Below are positions 41,277 through 54,170 of a stretch of 64,000 nt of DNA, in pieces (position 1 is the first letter of the stretch; the number at the start of each line of letters is the position of its first letter). The position numbers and the translations under genes were made by a program. Under the pieces are notes generated by a model. The model made no database searches, had not been told where the DNA came from, and saw only the letters and a program-made list of their open reading frames with translations. The stretch comes from the human T2T-CHM13v2.0 reference genome, Homo sapiens: the NCBI RefSeq assembly GCF_009914755.1, contig NC_060931.1. One strand, written 5' to 3'.

Positions 41277-41513
41277 AGAGGAACTTGATGGTGACTGATA
41301 GAGGCTTAGGAATGGTTTCTCTGGTGAAATGATGTTGGAGCTGAAATGTGTGGATAAGGAGGCATTATTCAGGCAAAGGGAGGGAGTGGGTAAGTGGAAG
41401 ACATCCCACATAGAACTAGGAGCATAGGCAGAGCCTTGTGGCTGCAGGAACCAAAAGGCCAGTGTGGCTGGGGTGGAGAAAGCAAGATGAATGGTGGTAC
41501 AAAATAAAACTGA

Positions 41514-42652
<1,139 letters not shown>

Positions 42653-42704
42653 GTGAACAGAGACCAGATCAGGCAGTTGACTAGTCTTAAATGACTTTTC
42701 TTCT

Positions 42705-42865
42705 GTGCCAGATTGCCTGGAATAGGATCCCAGCACTGTCACTTGCTAGATATGAACTTTAGGCAAGTTCTTTCATCTTTCTGTGCCTCAATTTCTTCAT
42801 TTGTGAAATGGGGATAATAATATTATCTGCCTAACACAAGTTGTTAGGATTAAATGGGCAATAAA
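42705..42865 (+). mobile_element. MIR SINE
   Basis: ggcaagttc...tctgtgcctcaatttcttcatttgtgaaatggggataataat. Confidence 0.85.
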
Positions 42866-43673
42866 ATATTAGATTTTATTATGTATCATAGTATTTGTAT
42901 TTTGTTATTTTTGTATTATATATTCTGCTATAACATTATGATATAATACTTTTATTTGTCATTTTGTTCTGTTTTTATTAAGACTTAATATGTTTTTTAT
43001 TCTGATGGAAATAACCCAATAAAAGAAAACACAGGCTATCAAAGAGGGAGAGAGGAAAGCTGTGAGTGAGATGTCCTTGAATAGGTGAGAGGGACTAAGA
43101 TTAAGTGCACATGCCAATTAACTGTTCTCACATAGGATCAGGGATGGTGGGGTAGGTGGGTAGAATTTCTGGTGGAAGAATGTAGACATTGTATTTGAAT
43201 TGCTGCTACTATCTAGTGAAATAAGAAGAAAAGTCATCAGCAAAGGGTAAGGAATGAGCAGGGTAGGAGATTGGAAGAACGAAAGGAAGGTAGAAATGCT
43301 CATCTGAAAGGATGGGAGAGTTCATTGTTAAGGACTATAGTATGATTGCTGGGCACCACGTAGAGTTTATTTAAGGTTTTGTGGTTGTGAATTTAGACAA
43401 GTCATGTGGCTTTTAGATATGCTTAGGTGCGGGGACAGAGCAGGTGTGACTTGTGTTTAATCAGGATGGCAATTTTACCATGGGAGTATGTTGGAGGGAG
43501 AAAGTGACAAAGTGATTGAAAGTATGTCTGTGCCTCCCCAAAATTCATATGTTGAAGCCCTAATCTCCAGTGTGACTGTATTTCAGTACAGGCCTATGAG
43601 GAGATGATAAGGATCACATGCGGTCTTAAGGTCCCCAGTGAGATAGGCTGGTACTGTTGTAAGAAGTGGAAGA

Positions 43674-43950
43674 GGCCAGGCACAGTTGCTCACACCTGTA
43701 ATCTCAGCAATTTGGGAGGCTAAGGCAAGTGATCACTTGAGCTCAGGAGTTTGAGACCAGCCTGGGCAACAGAGCAAAACCCCATCTTCACTAAAAATAC
43801 CAAAATTAGCCAGGTGTGGTGGTGTGTGCCTGTAGCCCCAGCTGCTCTGGAGGCTGAGGTGGGAGGATGACTTTAGCCCACGGGTTGAGACTGCAGTGAG
43901 CTGAGATGATGCCACTGCACTGCAGCCTGGGTGACAGGGCAAGACCCTGT
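43674..43950 (+). mobile_element. AluJ whose tail is replaced by a GAA-rich tract
   Basis: cacttgagctcaggagtttgagaccagcctgggcaac. Confidence 0.9.
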
Positions 43951-44117
43951 GAAAGAAGAAGAAGAAGAAGAAGGAGAAGGGGAATGGGAAGGGGAAGAAG
44001 AGGAAGAGGAAGAGGAAGAGGAAGAGGAAGAGGAAGAAGAAGAAGAAGAAGAAGAAGAAGAAGAAGAAGAAGAAGAAGAAGAAGAAGAAGAAGAACAAGA
44101 AGGAGAAGAAGAAGAGG
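43951..44117 (+). repeat. Polypurine tract containing (GAAGAG)6 at 43997-44032 and pure (GAA)21 at 44033-44095
   Basis: Direct count. Confidence 0.97.
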
Positions 44118-45696
44118 TGGAGACACCAGAGCCCGCTTTGTGAGTGCTCAGATGAAAGGCACTTGAGGGTGGCAGAGGGAAGACGGCTGTCTGCAAGCCG
44201 CAAAGAGAGCTCTCACCAGGGAACAAACCCTGCTGGAGCTGATCTGGGACTTCCAGTATCCAGAACTGTGAGAGATGCATGTCTGTGTGCAAGCCACCTA
44301 ACCTATGGCAACCTGAGCAGAATACACAAAGGAAGTATGCTGGTGGGAGAAAGAGACAAGATGACTAAGTGTATATGCAAGGAAGTAAATTTAATGATGG
44401 GTCTGAAGTTTAACCCAGATAAGAAGGAAGGCAAACATGGTGGTGGGGGTGATTGATGGATAAGCAAACATAAATGAGATGAATGGATTGGAAGTCCCAG
44501 TGCAGATGAAGCTATAACTGGAATGATAGGATAGGAGAGTAGGATGCTTGACATTGAAATCATGAAAGTGATGTTGCTATTGGTAATTATAGGGTCTAGG
44601 AATATGACTGTAAAAAAAGACTAATGTATTGAAAGCAAAGAGTCAGAGAACTGAGAAATCAGGATATTGAATGGATTGTGTGCATGTTGGAATCATATAG
44701 TGAGAGCTCTCTTTGTGGCTTGCAGACAGCCATCTTCTCTCTGCCACCCTCATGTGCCTTTCGTCTGAGCACTCACAAAGTGAGCTCTGGTTTCTTATCC
44801 ACTGTGTGGATGTAAGAATAATTACTGGAGGAGTAATTCAAAAGGCAGGAATTCAAAAGGCAGCATATTCAATGAATGCATTCAGATATAACTGCATACA
44901 TTTGAGTGATATATAAAAACAAAATCAACAGGAATTTGTCATGAAATAAAAGGGGATGGAGAAAAGATAGGGAGAAGGTGCCATTAAAGAGAACTCATTG
45001 GTCTCTGACTTGAGCCACTGGATCAATCATGGTACCATTTCTAAGTTAGAGAAGGCTGGCAGAAGGCCAGAAGTTTGATTTTGGTATAGAGTTTCAAGTG
45101 ACTTTGATATATCCAAGTGATATTGAGTACATGGGCTAATATATATTGGGCTGGTTCCCAGAGAAGAGTCCATCTTGGAAATAGAAATCTGTGAAGTGTA
45201 TGAGATGGGTGATGGCTGAATTCATAAGACTGGTGGCCTTGCCTAGGAGGTATGGAAAGAGCAGAGGAAAAGACAAAGACTTGGACTTGAGTAATTTCAG
45301 TATTTAAAAATGAGAAGACTTAGTATGAGCCTCCAAGGGAGATTGATTAGGAAGGGGAAAAGTAGAGGAAAACCAGGAGAGCATGAAATTATAGAAGCCA
45401 AGAAAAGTCTTGTGAAAAGGAAGATGCAGCCAATAGTGTTGAAAGTTTAGGGCCAGAAGGCTGAGAGGAAAAAAAAATGACCTTGGAGTTAGTAGCATGG
45501 CGGCCATTGGTGACTTTTGTAAGAGCTTCTTTAGTGGACTAATGAGGTTGGAGGAGAAATTAGAGGTTGATAACTGAAGCAGACATGAGGAAAAGGAGAA
45601 AGTAGGACAGACCACCTTTTCAAGAATGTTGACTATTAAAAGGAGAAGAAGAAAAGCGTGGGAGCTGGAGGGATTGATGGGATTAAGGACAAAGAT

Positions 45697-45925
45697 TTTA
45701 TATATATATAAATTATAAAAAATATATATTTGTATGTACTTATAAAAATATATAATTATCAAAATTATATAGATATATAAAACCTTCACATACACATATA
45801 TACACATATAAACAAATACACACATATATACATATATGCACATAAATATACACACATATCGTATATTATGTAATTTATATTTATATAATATATATAATGT
45901 TATATTTATATAATATACATTTTTA
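45697..45925. repeat. (TA)-rich low-complexity tract
   Basis: Direct reading. Confidence 0.9.
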
Positions 45926-46970
45926 ATATCAGAAGCTTGAGCCTATTTGAATCTCAATACAATGTCTATAATTTGGAGGGGAATTATACAAATGTAACAT
46001 GTTAGTGCGAAAAGTTTTATAAGGGATGGTAGAAAAGCAGGAAGGTTGGGGTCCAAACTGCAGGCAGTGACACAGATTTTAGAAGGACTAACACCTTCTC
46101 TAGTGTGACAGAGAATAAAGGAACCCAGATTGCATTAGGACTCAGAGTCAGGCATCTTACTGTGTTCTATCTTCTCTTTTTCTGAGTGATACAATTCATT
46201 TTTACAAGAAAGTATTGTGGGGGTAGGTGCAGTGGACTTTGTGCTCTCAAAGCAGCAGTGAAGAAACAAGGACACCAACTCTGCCTTCTGCTGCAGGCAG
46301 GTTTGTGAGGTATGAGAGAGGAAACAGCTACCACTTGAGCAGATTGTGGGAGAAGCAGCGTTTTGAGGTTTCAGCTAAGGAAAGGGGGGCACTCAGAAAA
46401 TATATGGAAAATGTAGAGGAGTTTGATATTCCTGAGAGCACAATGCGAGGTTTGGGTGGATCATGATGACTGAGAAAAAGTTTGTTGATTTTGGCGAGAA
46501 GAAGATCATTTTCAACCTAAGATTAAGCAGTTTCAGAAATAGTTTAGCAGAATGATGGAGGTTCCCACAAAGGATTATGAAGTGAAAAGCAGATACTTCG
46601 TTCAAGGAATTTGGCTGTAAGTGAAAGGAGGAAGAGAGAATTCAAGTCTTTTTTTTTTTTTTTGGTTTTGTTTTTTTTTTAATAATCCAACTAATTACCT
46701 ATGAGATTTCATTTCCATTTTGTTTCTTAACATGAACTCTAGAGTCAGGTTGACTTTCTTCCATAATGCTTTCTAAAATCCTTTCTTCTTTGTTGTCATG
46801 CTTTAACTCCTGCCTAGGATGCCCTAAATTTTTTTTTCTTCCTTTGTAAACACAACTTTTCTGGTAAGACCCATTAACATCTACCTCTCAATATTATCTG
46901 TTATATATATTTTTTCCCCATTAGATAATTCATTTTTGTTATAAAACTATTGGAAAAATATGTGAAATTT

Positions 46971-47095
46971 AGCCGGGTGCAGTGCTGCACAGCTGTAATC
47001 CCAGCACTTTGGGACTCCAAGGTGGGTTGAATGCTTGAGCCCAGGAGTTCAAGACAAGCCTGGGCAACATAGCGAGACCTCGTCTCAAAAAAAAA
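46971..47095 (+). mobile_element. Alu left monomer (FLAM-like)
   Basis: gccgggtgcagtg...gcttgagcccaggagttcaagac...gcgagacctcgtctc followed by A tail. Confidence 0.88.
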
Positions 47096-49160
47096 CTATA
47101 TATATATGAAATTATAAATTAAAAATAAAATAACCCACATTAAACCTTCCTTCGTATATATTATACTATGTATATTATTAATACTAACACTTCAAAAATT
47201 TACATGATAAAGTCTTTTTGGTTCCACTAAATATTTATAACAAAATGTTAAAGACTATCTAATAGTCCATGGTATTTGGTTTTCCCTATTATAAATAAGA
47301 CACTATCTTTTACATAATTGCTTGTGTACATAGTTAATGGCACCCTTAAGGCAGAAATTTTTTAACTAGATGACTAAATCAGAAGATAAGTATTTTTTTA
47401 AGGCTCTGGATATATAGAGATGAATTATTTTCTAGAAAGTATCTAATGAATTATCCTTCTACAAGCAGCATATGAGCATTTAGCGTACCCCCCTCCATTG
47501 TCAGCATAGAACATTTTCTAAAAATTTAATTTCCAGGGTAGAAAAATGGCTTCTCTCTGGGTTCTAAGCTATGTTCATTTAATTACTAATTAAGTTGAAT
47601 TTTTTAATAGCTACTGGTTACTGGGTGTTTTCTTCTTTGTGTTGTTATGCCATACCTTTAACCCATTAAACATATTTTTAATTGAATCACAAAAGTTTTA
47701 GCGTGGTTGATCTAATCATAAAAGTTCTTTACATGCTAATTATATTCTTGTATTATATATTGTTATTTTCATCCTATTGGTTTCCCAGTGAACCATGTGC
47801 ATCTGTCATAAGCTTTACCAAATTCTCTATTCTCAGAAGTCCTGCAGCACTCTATAGTGTCAATCTACCATCTTAATGTTTCAGTCTCTATTATCTTGTG
47901 TTGTTCATTGATAGTTCCTTTCATATTAATATATTACCATCAGAGCGATAGTAAGTGTCTTAAGAATAAGAACAGGGAATATGTTTATCACCATTACTAG
48001 ATTTCTAATTGACATTATGTTATATGATTCTAATTTGTTTATTAGTGTATTATTATATATATTCAACAAAATATATAGCAAATTAACTCATTGTGTGTTA
48101 ATGACCATAACATTCTGGAAAGATATGTGTATGTTTAAAGACCTAGAGAATAGATTAGTTTTCTCAATATTTTTATATATGCAGTAAAAGTTTTGAAAAA
48201 AAGTCTTTGGGGTAGGTTGAAATTATTTCAAAAGTTTTAGGATTGTGTATAAAACAGCATTAACATGCTCTTTTGAGCATGTTACTTGAACCATAGTTGA
48301 GTGAAAGGTGGTGTGAACCATGTGATAAACGATTACTTCACGTCAAACAACCCAACTTTTCTGAGCATGCTGGCTTTGCAAGGATTTATAGTTCCCTGCC
48401 TTCATGCTGGAGTTACTTCAGCTTTCCGTGATGCATTCCAACTAATCTGGAGGTTAAGGCATTTCTTGATCATGGATAGATCTGCTTGCTTCTCAGCCCT
48501 GGAATTCTTTATAAAATTCCAGAATGCAGGCTAGAAATTGACTTAGGGAATCCAATAAAGTTGCAAGTCTTGGCGGTCATCCAAGCTAAATTTATAGACT
48601 GGAAGAAATATGGGCTTTCCATTGTTCTCTTTTTCACCTTTCTGGGATTTCTTTTGTGTCTATGTGAGTGTGTGAGTGTAAATTTATCATTTTACTGACA
48701 TTGGAGTGTAAATAACCATCAAGGAGATCCAGTTAAAGAATTTTCACTTTGGATCTTCTCTGGTCTTTCCAAACTTTGACCCAAACCTGCACCAAGAGTG
48801 AATTTCTTCTCCCTCTGTAGGATGTTGATGTCATAAAATAAGGAGTTGTTCTTGAAAATGAATCATGCTAGTTTAACAGCTGACATGCATGTTTGCCAGC
48901 TAGCTGCACCTCCCCAAATCCTGCCCTTCCCCCGACTCGGAGCCTTCTTTTGGGACATGATCTGAGAAAATGTGATCACATGTGTTGTTTCTCTTCATTC
49001 TATGACTGGCAATGGGGGAACAAAAACAATCTCGGAAGCGTATGAGACTTCAGTTTTGTGTGTGTGTGCCTGAGGCACTGTTGTGCCTGGAGATCCAAGC
49101 AATCCCTCTCCTACCCTCTCCATTATATCTGACCATTGAAAACCTGTCTTGTTTTCACAG

Positions 49161-49216
49161 AATGGGTTTGCTGTTGTGAGGCCCCCTGGCCATCACGCTG
49201 AAGAATCCACAGCCAT
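49161..49216 (+). CDS. HDAC9: HDAC9 coding exon (probably exon 18), 56 nt: NGFAVVRPPGHHAEESTA(M), carrying the RPPGHH catalytic His pair
   Basis: ttttcacag| acceptor, AT|GTAAGT donor, RPPGHHA signature of Zn-dependent HDACs. Confidence 0.97.
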
Positions 49217-49460
49217 GTAAGTACCAGGGACTGTTGCCCATCTCCAAGCACCACGGTTCCTGGCGGTCACCTGCCCCGTGCATGTTTCTGAAGCCTCTAA
49301 TTGTTAGCAGATGGACTGAAAAATCTTGCGAGGTACTCCCAGAAGCAGATTTATGGCTTCAGAGATCATATAGCATTTAAAAAAATGCTCTGAACATTAT
49401 TTATAATGGTTTTCCTGGATGATTTGCTTTCTTATTTCTCTGTTCTTCTCTATTCCGCAG

Positions 49461-49548
49461 GGGGTTCTGCTTTTTTAATTCAGTTGCAATTACCGCCAAA
49501 TACTTGAGAGACCAACTAAATATAAGCAAGATATTGATTGTAGATCTG
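49461..49548 (+). CDS. HDAC9: HDAC9 coding exon (probably exon 19), 88 nt: (M)GFCFFNSVAITAKYLRDQLNISKILIVDL
   Basis: ttccgcag| acceptor, CTG|GTATGT donor. It completes the ATG split across a 244-nt intron. IVDL (rather than IVDW as in HDAC4/5/7) points to HDAC9. Confidence 0.97.
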
Positions 49549-52500
49549 GTATGTATTCCTGGCCAGAGCTGCATTTTCAGTGATTCTAGATAAAGGGGAG
49601 TGGATTTGTATTTCTCTGTTAGGTTGTCTTGCTTTTAGCACTTGCAAACAACTGAAGGGTGTGTTTTCCTTTGAATGTGGAAACTCATTAAACTCAGGAT
49701 TGCAGTTCTGAAACCATAAACATTCACGTTTCACTTTCATGGTGTTAACTGCAATTTAATGAGAAGAAGGCGCAGATCAGGGCAACTTTTATGATCCTTA
49801 AATGAATTGATACTTCCACAGTTAAAATAACCCAACAGAACCTGAATTTACTTTTCCCTACAGAATATAGACTCAATAGTCAGATGTGCTGGAAAGAATG
49901 CTGTTGCTTTGGTAACCAATTGGCCACTTCCCCTGGTTAGAAATCATGTTGCTTGTTGTGCAACAGTGGTATTATTAAAACAAGTCGGCATGTCACTCTT
50001 ACTGAAAAGATCTCCAATCTCAGATGCCAGTTTGGGATGATTCTCTGCAGGAACCCTGAGTGACTGAAAGTTAGAGGCACTAGATTAGTCTTGTATTTTA
50101 ACGTGATGCATTCTTACACAGTAAAGTTAGAATTTGTCTAACAAATGGTTTGTTTAAAAGCAGATGACACTTGGCATATTGTCCACAGTATATTCATGAA
50201 TAATGAGCTGGAGATCTGGAGATCTGCCCCATACAAAAAGGACCAACCCAGGAAAGGGCGAAAGAGAAGTGAATGGTGATTTATGAGCCCCGTTTTCAGT
50301 TTGCCTCCAGTTCTCAAGGAGGTGTAATAGGTTGTCTGACAAAGCATAGACAGGAAATGAACCCTGGCATCCAAACCGAACCTGGTACATCTGCACTTAA
50401 TTAATTTTTGCAGGTGATAAAAGATTTAAAGGCAAAATATGCTAAAGGTTTTTTTTTGAAGTGCAAGCCTTAATAGTCTAAATCTTGTTCATATCTGCAC
50501 TCATAATTAAATCTTATTGGAAGTCACGGCCTCGCCCTCCAGCCTTCGAATCCAGTTAAGCAGGCACACCAAAGGGTTGAGAGAGCACAAACAAAGCCAT
50601 GTGAAGAAATGCTTAGTTAAGTGAAAACGAAGATAAAAGAAATGGAAGAACGATACCCATTTGTTGTGCTTCGTTGCAATGGGTATTTTTCACACACTAT
50701 ATTGAAGCATTCCTGCAAGCACTTTGGAGAGAAGAGTATTGAAACCTAACTATCCATGTATTTTCCATACACGCCTGAGTCTCAATGTCAGGCATAGCTC
50801 ACCATTAAAGAAATGTGTTGAAGGCCTAGATATACTACAGCAGCAAGATGTTACAATTTTACAAAAATCAAGACATCAGTACCCATTTTCTCATTTATAT
50901 GCAAAATGACAGCTAAAGTAATTAATAATTGCTGTTCTGCATAATTTGTAAGATATTAAAACTTTAAAAATAGTATGCTCCTCTTTCTGTAAGTTCTATG
51001 CCAGGGAGATAAGCCAGAAACTTAAGAAAAGCAGATAAAGAGCAAAGATTGTAGGGAAAGAATTTTTCTAAGCTTTCTCAATTTGTCAAAATTATGTAAG
51101 AAGGTGATTGGTCAACAGTTTGTCCTATCCTTAGGGATCTTTTAGTGTTTACTTTCTAAAGAATCTTCTCTGCTACCATTTTAAGGTTCTAGGAGGATAG
51201 TCAAAAACTGTTAGGAGTCCCCTTTGAAAACACATTTGTGATATCTAGACTCAAAAGTAGTGAATTGTACAAGAGACTTGAAAGCTAAAATGCCTCCCTT
51301 GTGATAAATGGATACTTTGTATTTCAGAGGATGTATATGTAAAGTTTTGTTTTTGTACAGTAATACAGTATAGGAATAAAAGACTGCTGGAAAAATCTGA
51401 TACGATTTATAAAATAAGTTACTTGGTAGCTCCAAGGAGTTTCCTGTAAGCTTCCTGGCCTTTGATTATGTATTTGCTCCATTATCCAATCAGAAAGGAT
51501 ACTGATTTCCCAACAGGCTGTAGTAGACGAGAAGTTTTTGTTTCAAATTATCTAAATATATGGAGTTCTGTCCAAAGGGTTGCCTCTGAGATCACCACCA
51601 GCCCACATATTCTTACTTTCAAGTCTTCCAAATTCTGCAGCTGCAGGGCTACTTTGAGGAAATTCCTGTTTCTTCCAGCTGCTGAGAAGGAAGTTTTAAG
51701 GTGCCACGTGGCCTTGAGACATCCGTTCTCCCTGGCTGACAGGTCTATTCTGCAAGTTAGCAATGAAAAAGCCAATAGATGGCTTTTCCGTAGCCAAAAA
51801 AAAAACAACAAAAAGTTATTCCTGCAAATCCAAAGTCATTAATGTTAGCTGGGGGGTGTGAACTAACTCCACAAATTACAGCGCCAATAGATGGCAAAGG
51901 TACTCCTTTGTCCAGCAGTTTCAGCATTTTTATATGTTTAGTAAATGCAGAGCTAGAGTTCTAATTTGCCTACTACTTTGGGTCACAGCCAAATTCAGCA
52001 GCGTTGAGTATTTTAGGCAAGAATGATTCTAGTTGATCTGTGGAGCTCATTTATTCCATGTTCCTTTTTGAGGCAGATCCCAAACATATTCAGACTAGTG
52101 TGGACAGGGAGCAGGTGTACTTGCTTTTCAACTTGCAAGAGACTGACCATTGTGTTTAGGGGATTAACTTGTCCTACAAGTAAGACTGTATGACTCAGGT
52201 AGCTTTTAGGTAATGTGACTTTTATTTTGACAATAGTACTTTTTAAGCTGTCTTTGTAAAAGGAAAGTTAATTCAAATGTCCTTAGATTTTGGGAAATTG
52301 CGTTGTTGATCAAGTACATTTAGATCTTTATTACAAGTCCCTATACTGAGTAACTAGGAGTGATAACATTAGCTGCTAGAATATATGATTTATTCAAGGT
52401 TACTCAAAGTTATTTTAACATAATAGTGAAAATATACAGGTTCTAAATCCTTGTACAGCATCAATGTTTGCAGTATGCTTTTTAACCAGTAAAATATTTA

Positions 52501-52673
52501 AACAATTTTTCAGCATTTCCCCACATATCTTAGATACAAGGTCTATTTTGGGAGTTTTAATGTTTCATTTTATTTCATTTCTATAGTAATTTCTCACAAT
52601 CACCAATAATTTTCTTATCTTAGTTTATTATATATGTGTTGCCATGAAGAAACAAGCTTTAGATCATACCTGA

Positions 52674-53037
<364 letters not shown>

Positions 53038-53989
53038 TAAAAAAAATGATATTCTTAAGGCTATACTGTGAGTTGTTCCCCCAAACAAAAGACATAATTG
53101 AGTTTAACCTTTATCACTAAATATTTGGTGAATATGAATACAGAATCAAGAATTGCCCCATTAGAATGGATTTATGTATTTTAATAATAATGTCTGTTGA
53201 AAATCTTATTATGCTGTGAACAGGATTTTATTTCTTACTCAGAAATTTATGCACTAGTAAGTACCCAACAGATTTTTCAAGAACAAATAATTTTATATCT
53301 GAGAGAACATATCATTTTATATTTGACTGTTTTAAGTAAACATTTACAGTGTCCCCAGAGAAACAAAAGTAATCAAAGCAATATTTTTCTGCTGTTCAAA
53401 TTGTGGATGCATTTATGCTCAAACCAAATGTGTCTTAGAACTGATTAAAATTACTATTGTATAGGGGAAATACAAATATCCCCTTAATGTTGTTTTTCAA
53501 AATATTTTATTTGTCCATTTTCTAGATATCCAGTAACAAACACAAAAGACATTGTGGCTTTAATTGTTTCACCCTTGTTTACATACAGGAAAATAGTTTT
53601 TTTGTCTCCTCCTTCCTTTCCTTGGGATATTCAGAAATCCAGGAATTGATATAATTTGACTAAGTTATTTTTTTTCCTGATGATGTATGTCTTTAGCTGA
53701 AACAACTTTCTGGGATGATGTGTATGTGCCCCAACATTATGATTTCTTAATTTTGGATATGTGTACCATTCAAAAAGGGGAAAGGATTATTGTATGTCTA
53801 CACCGTGGATGGCAAGATCAATGCAGGTTTTCAGAATTCACCAAAAGAAGGCTATGATAGTGTCTAGTGAAGGAGTACTGGGCTGGAGATTGGCATGAAG
53901 ACAGGTCATATAAGTCTCCTATGGAGCAATAATGACTGACAACCCACCTCACAGGTTTGCCAAGAGGATCAAACAGATTATGAATGTAA

Positions 53990-54170
53990 GTTTCAGTTAA
54001 CTGTGTAATTGTTAAGAGTTTGGCCTTTGGAATAGGAAGTAGATTCAAGACCCAGTCTTGCAACTTATTTCCTGCATAGTCTTAGTAACTGAAACTCTCT
54101 GAGCCTCAGTTTACCTAATAATCCATACCAGATATTTATATAGTGCCTGACTTAAAAATTGTAGAAATCA
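53990..54170 (+). mobile_element. MIR SINE
   Basis: gttaagagtttggcctttggaa...aactctctgagcctcagttt. Confidence 0.7.

Larger units (their letters stand above)
43525..44326 (+). mobile_element. MaLR LTR (MLT1A-like) interrupted by AluJ and a GAA tract
   Basis: ccccaaaattcatatgttgaagccctaa...gtctgcaagcc...ggacttccagtatccagaactgtgaga...tatggcaacctgagcagaataca. Confidence 0.85.
43000..46620. mobile_element. Patchwork of L2 fragments
   Basis: G/A-rich L2 text such as gccattggtgactttt, ttcaaggaatttggctgtaa. Confidence 0.55.
49100..49800. promoter_or_regulatory. Exonic/intronic enhancer overlapping HDAC9 exons 18-19 (limb/craniofacial enhancer of the TWIST1 landscape)
   Basis: Established knowledge that HDAC9 exons 18-19 act as enhancer exons. 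In the sequence: TE-free, TAATTG-N4-CAGATG at 49298-49313, TTTATGG at 49350-49356. Boundaries and exon numbering are inferred. Confidence 0.6.

Noticed and set aside
43733-44292. Poly-E/R/S/F/L ORFs
   Set aside because: Translations of the GAA tract and Alu.
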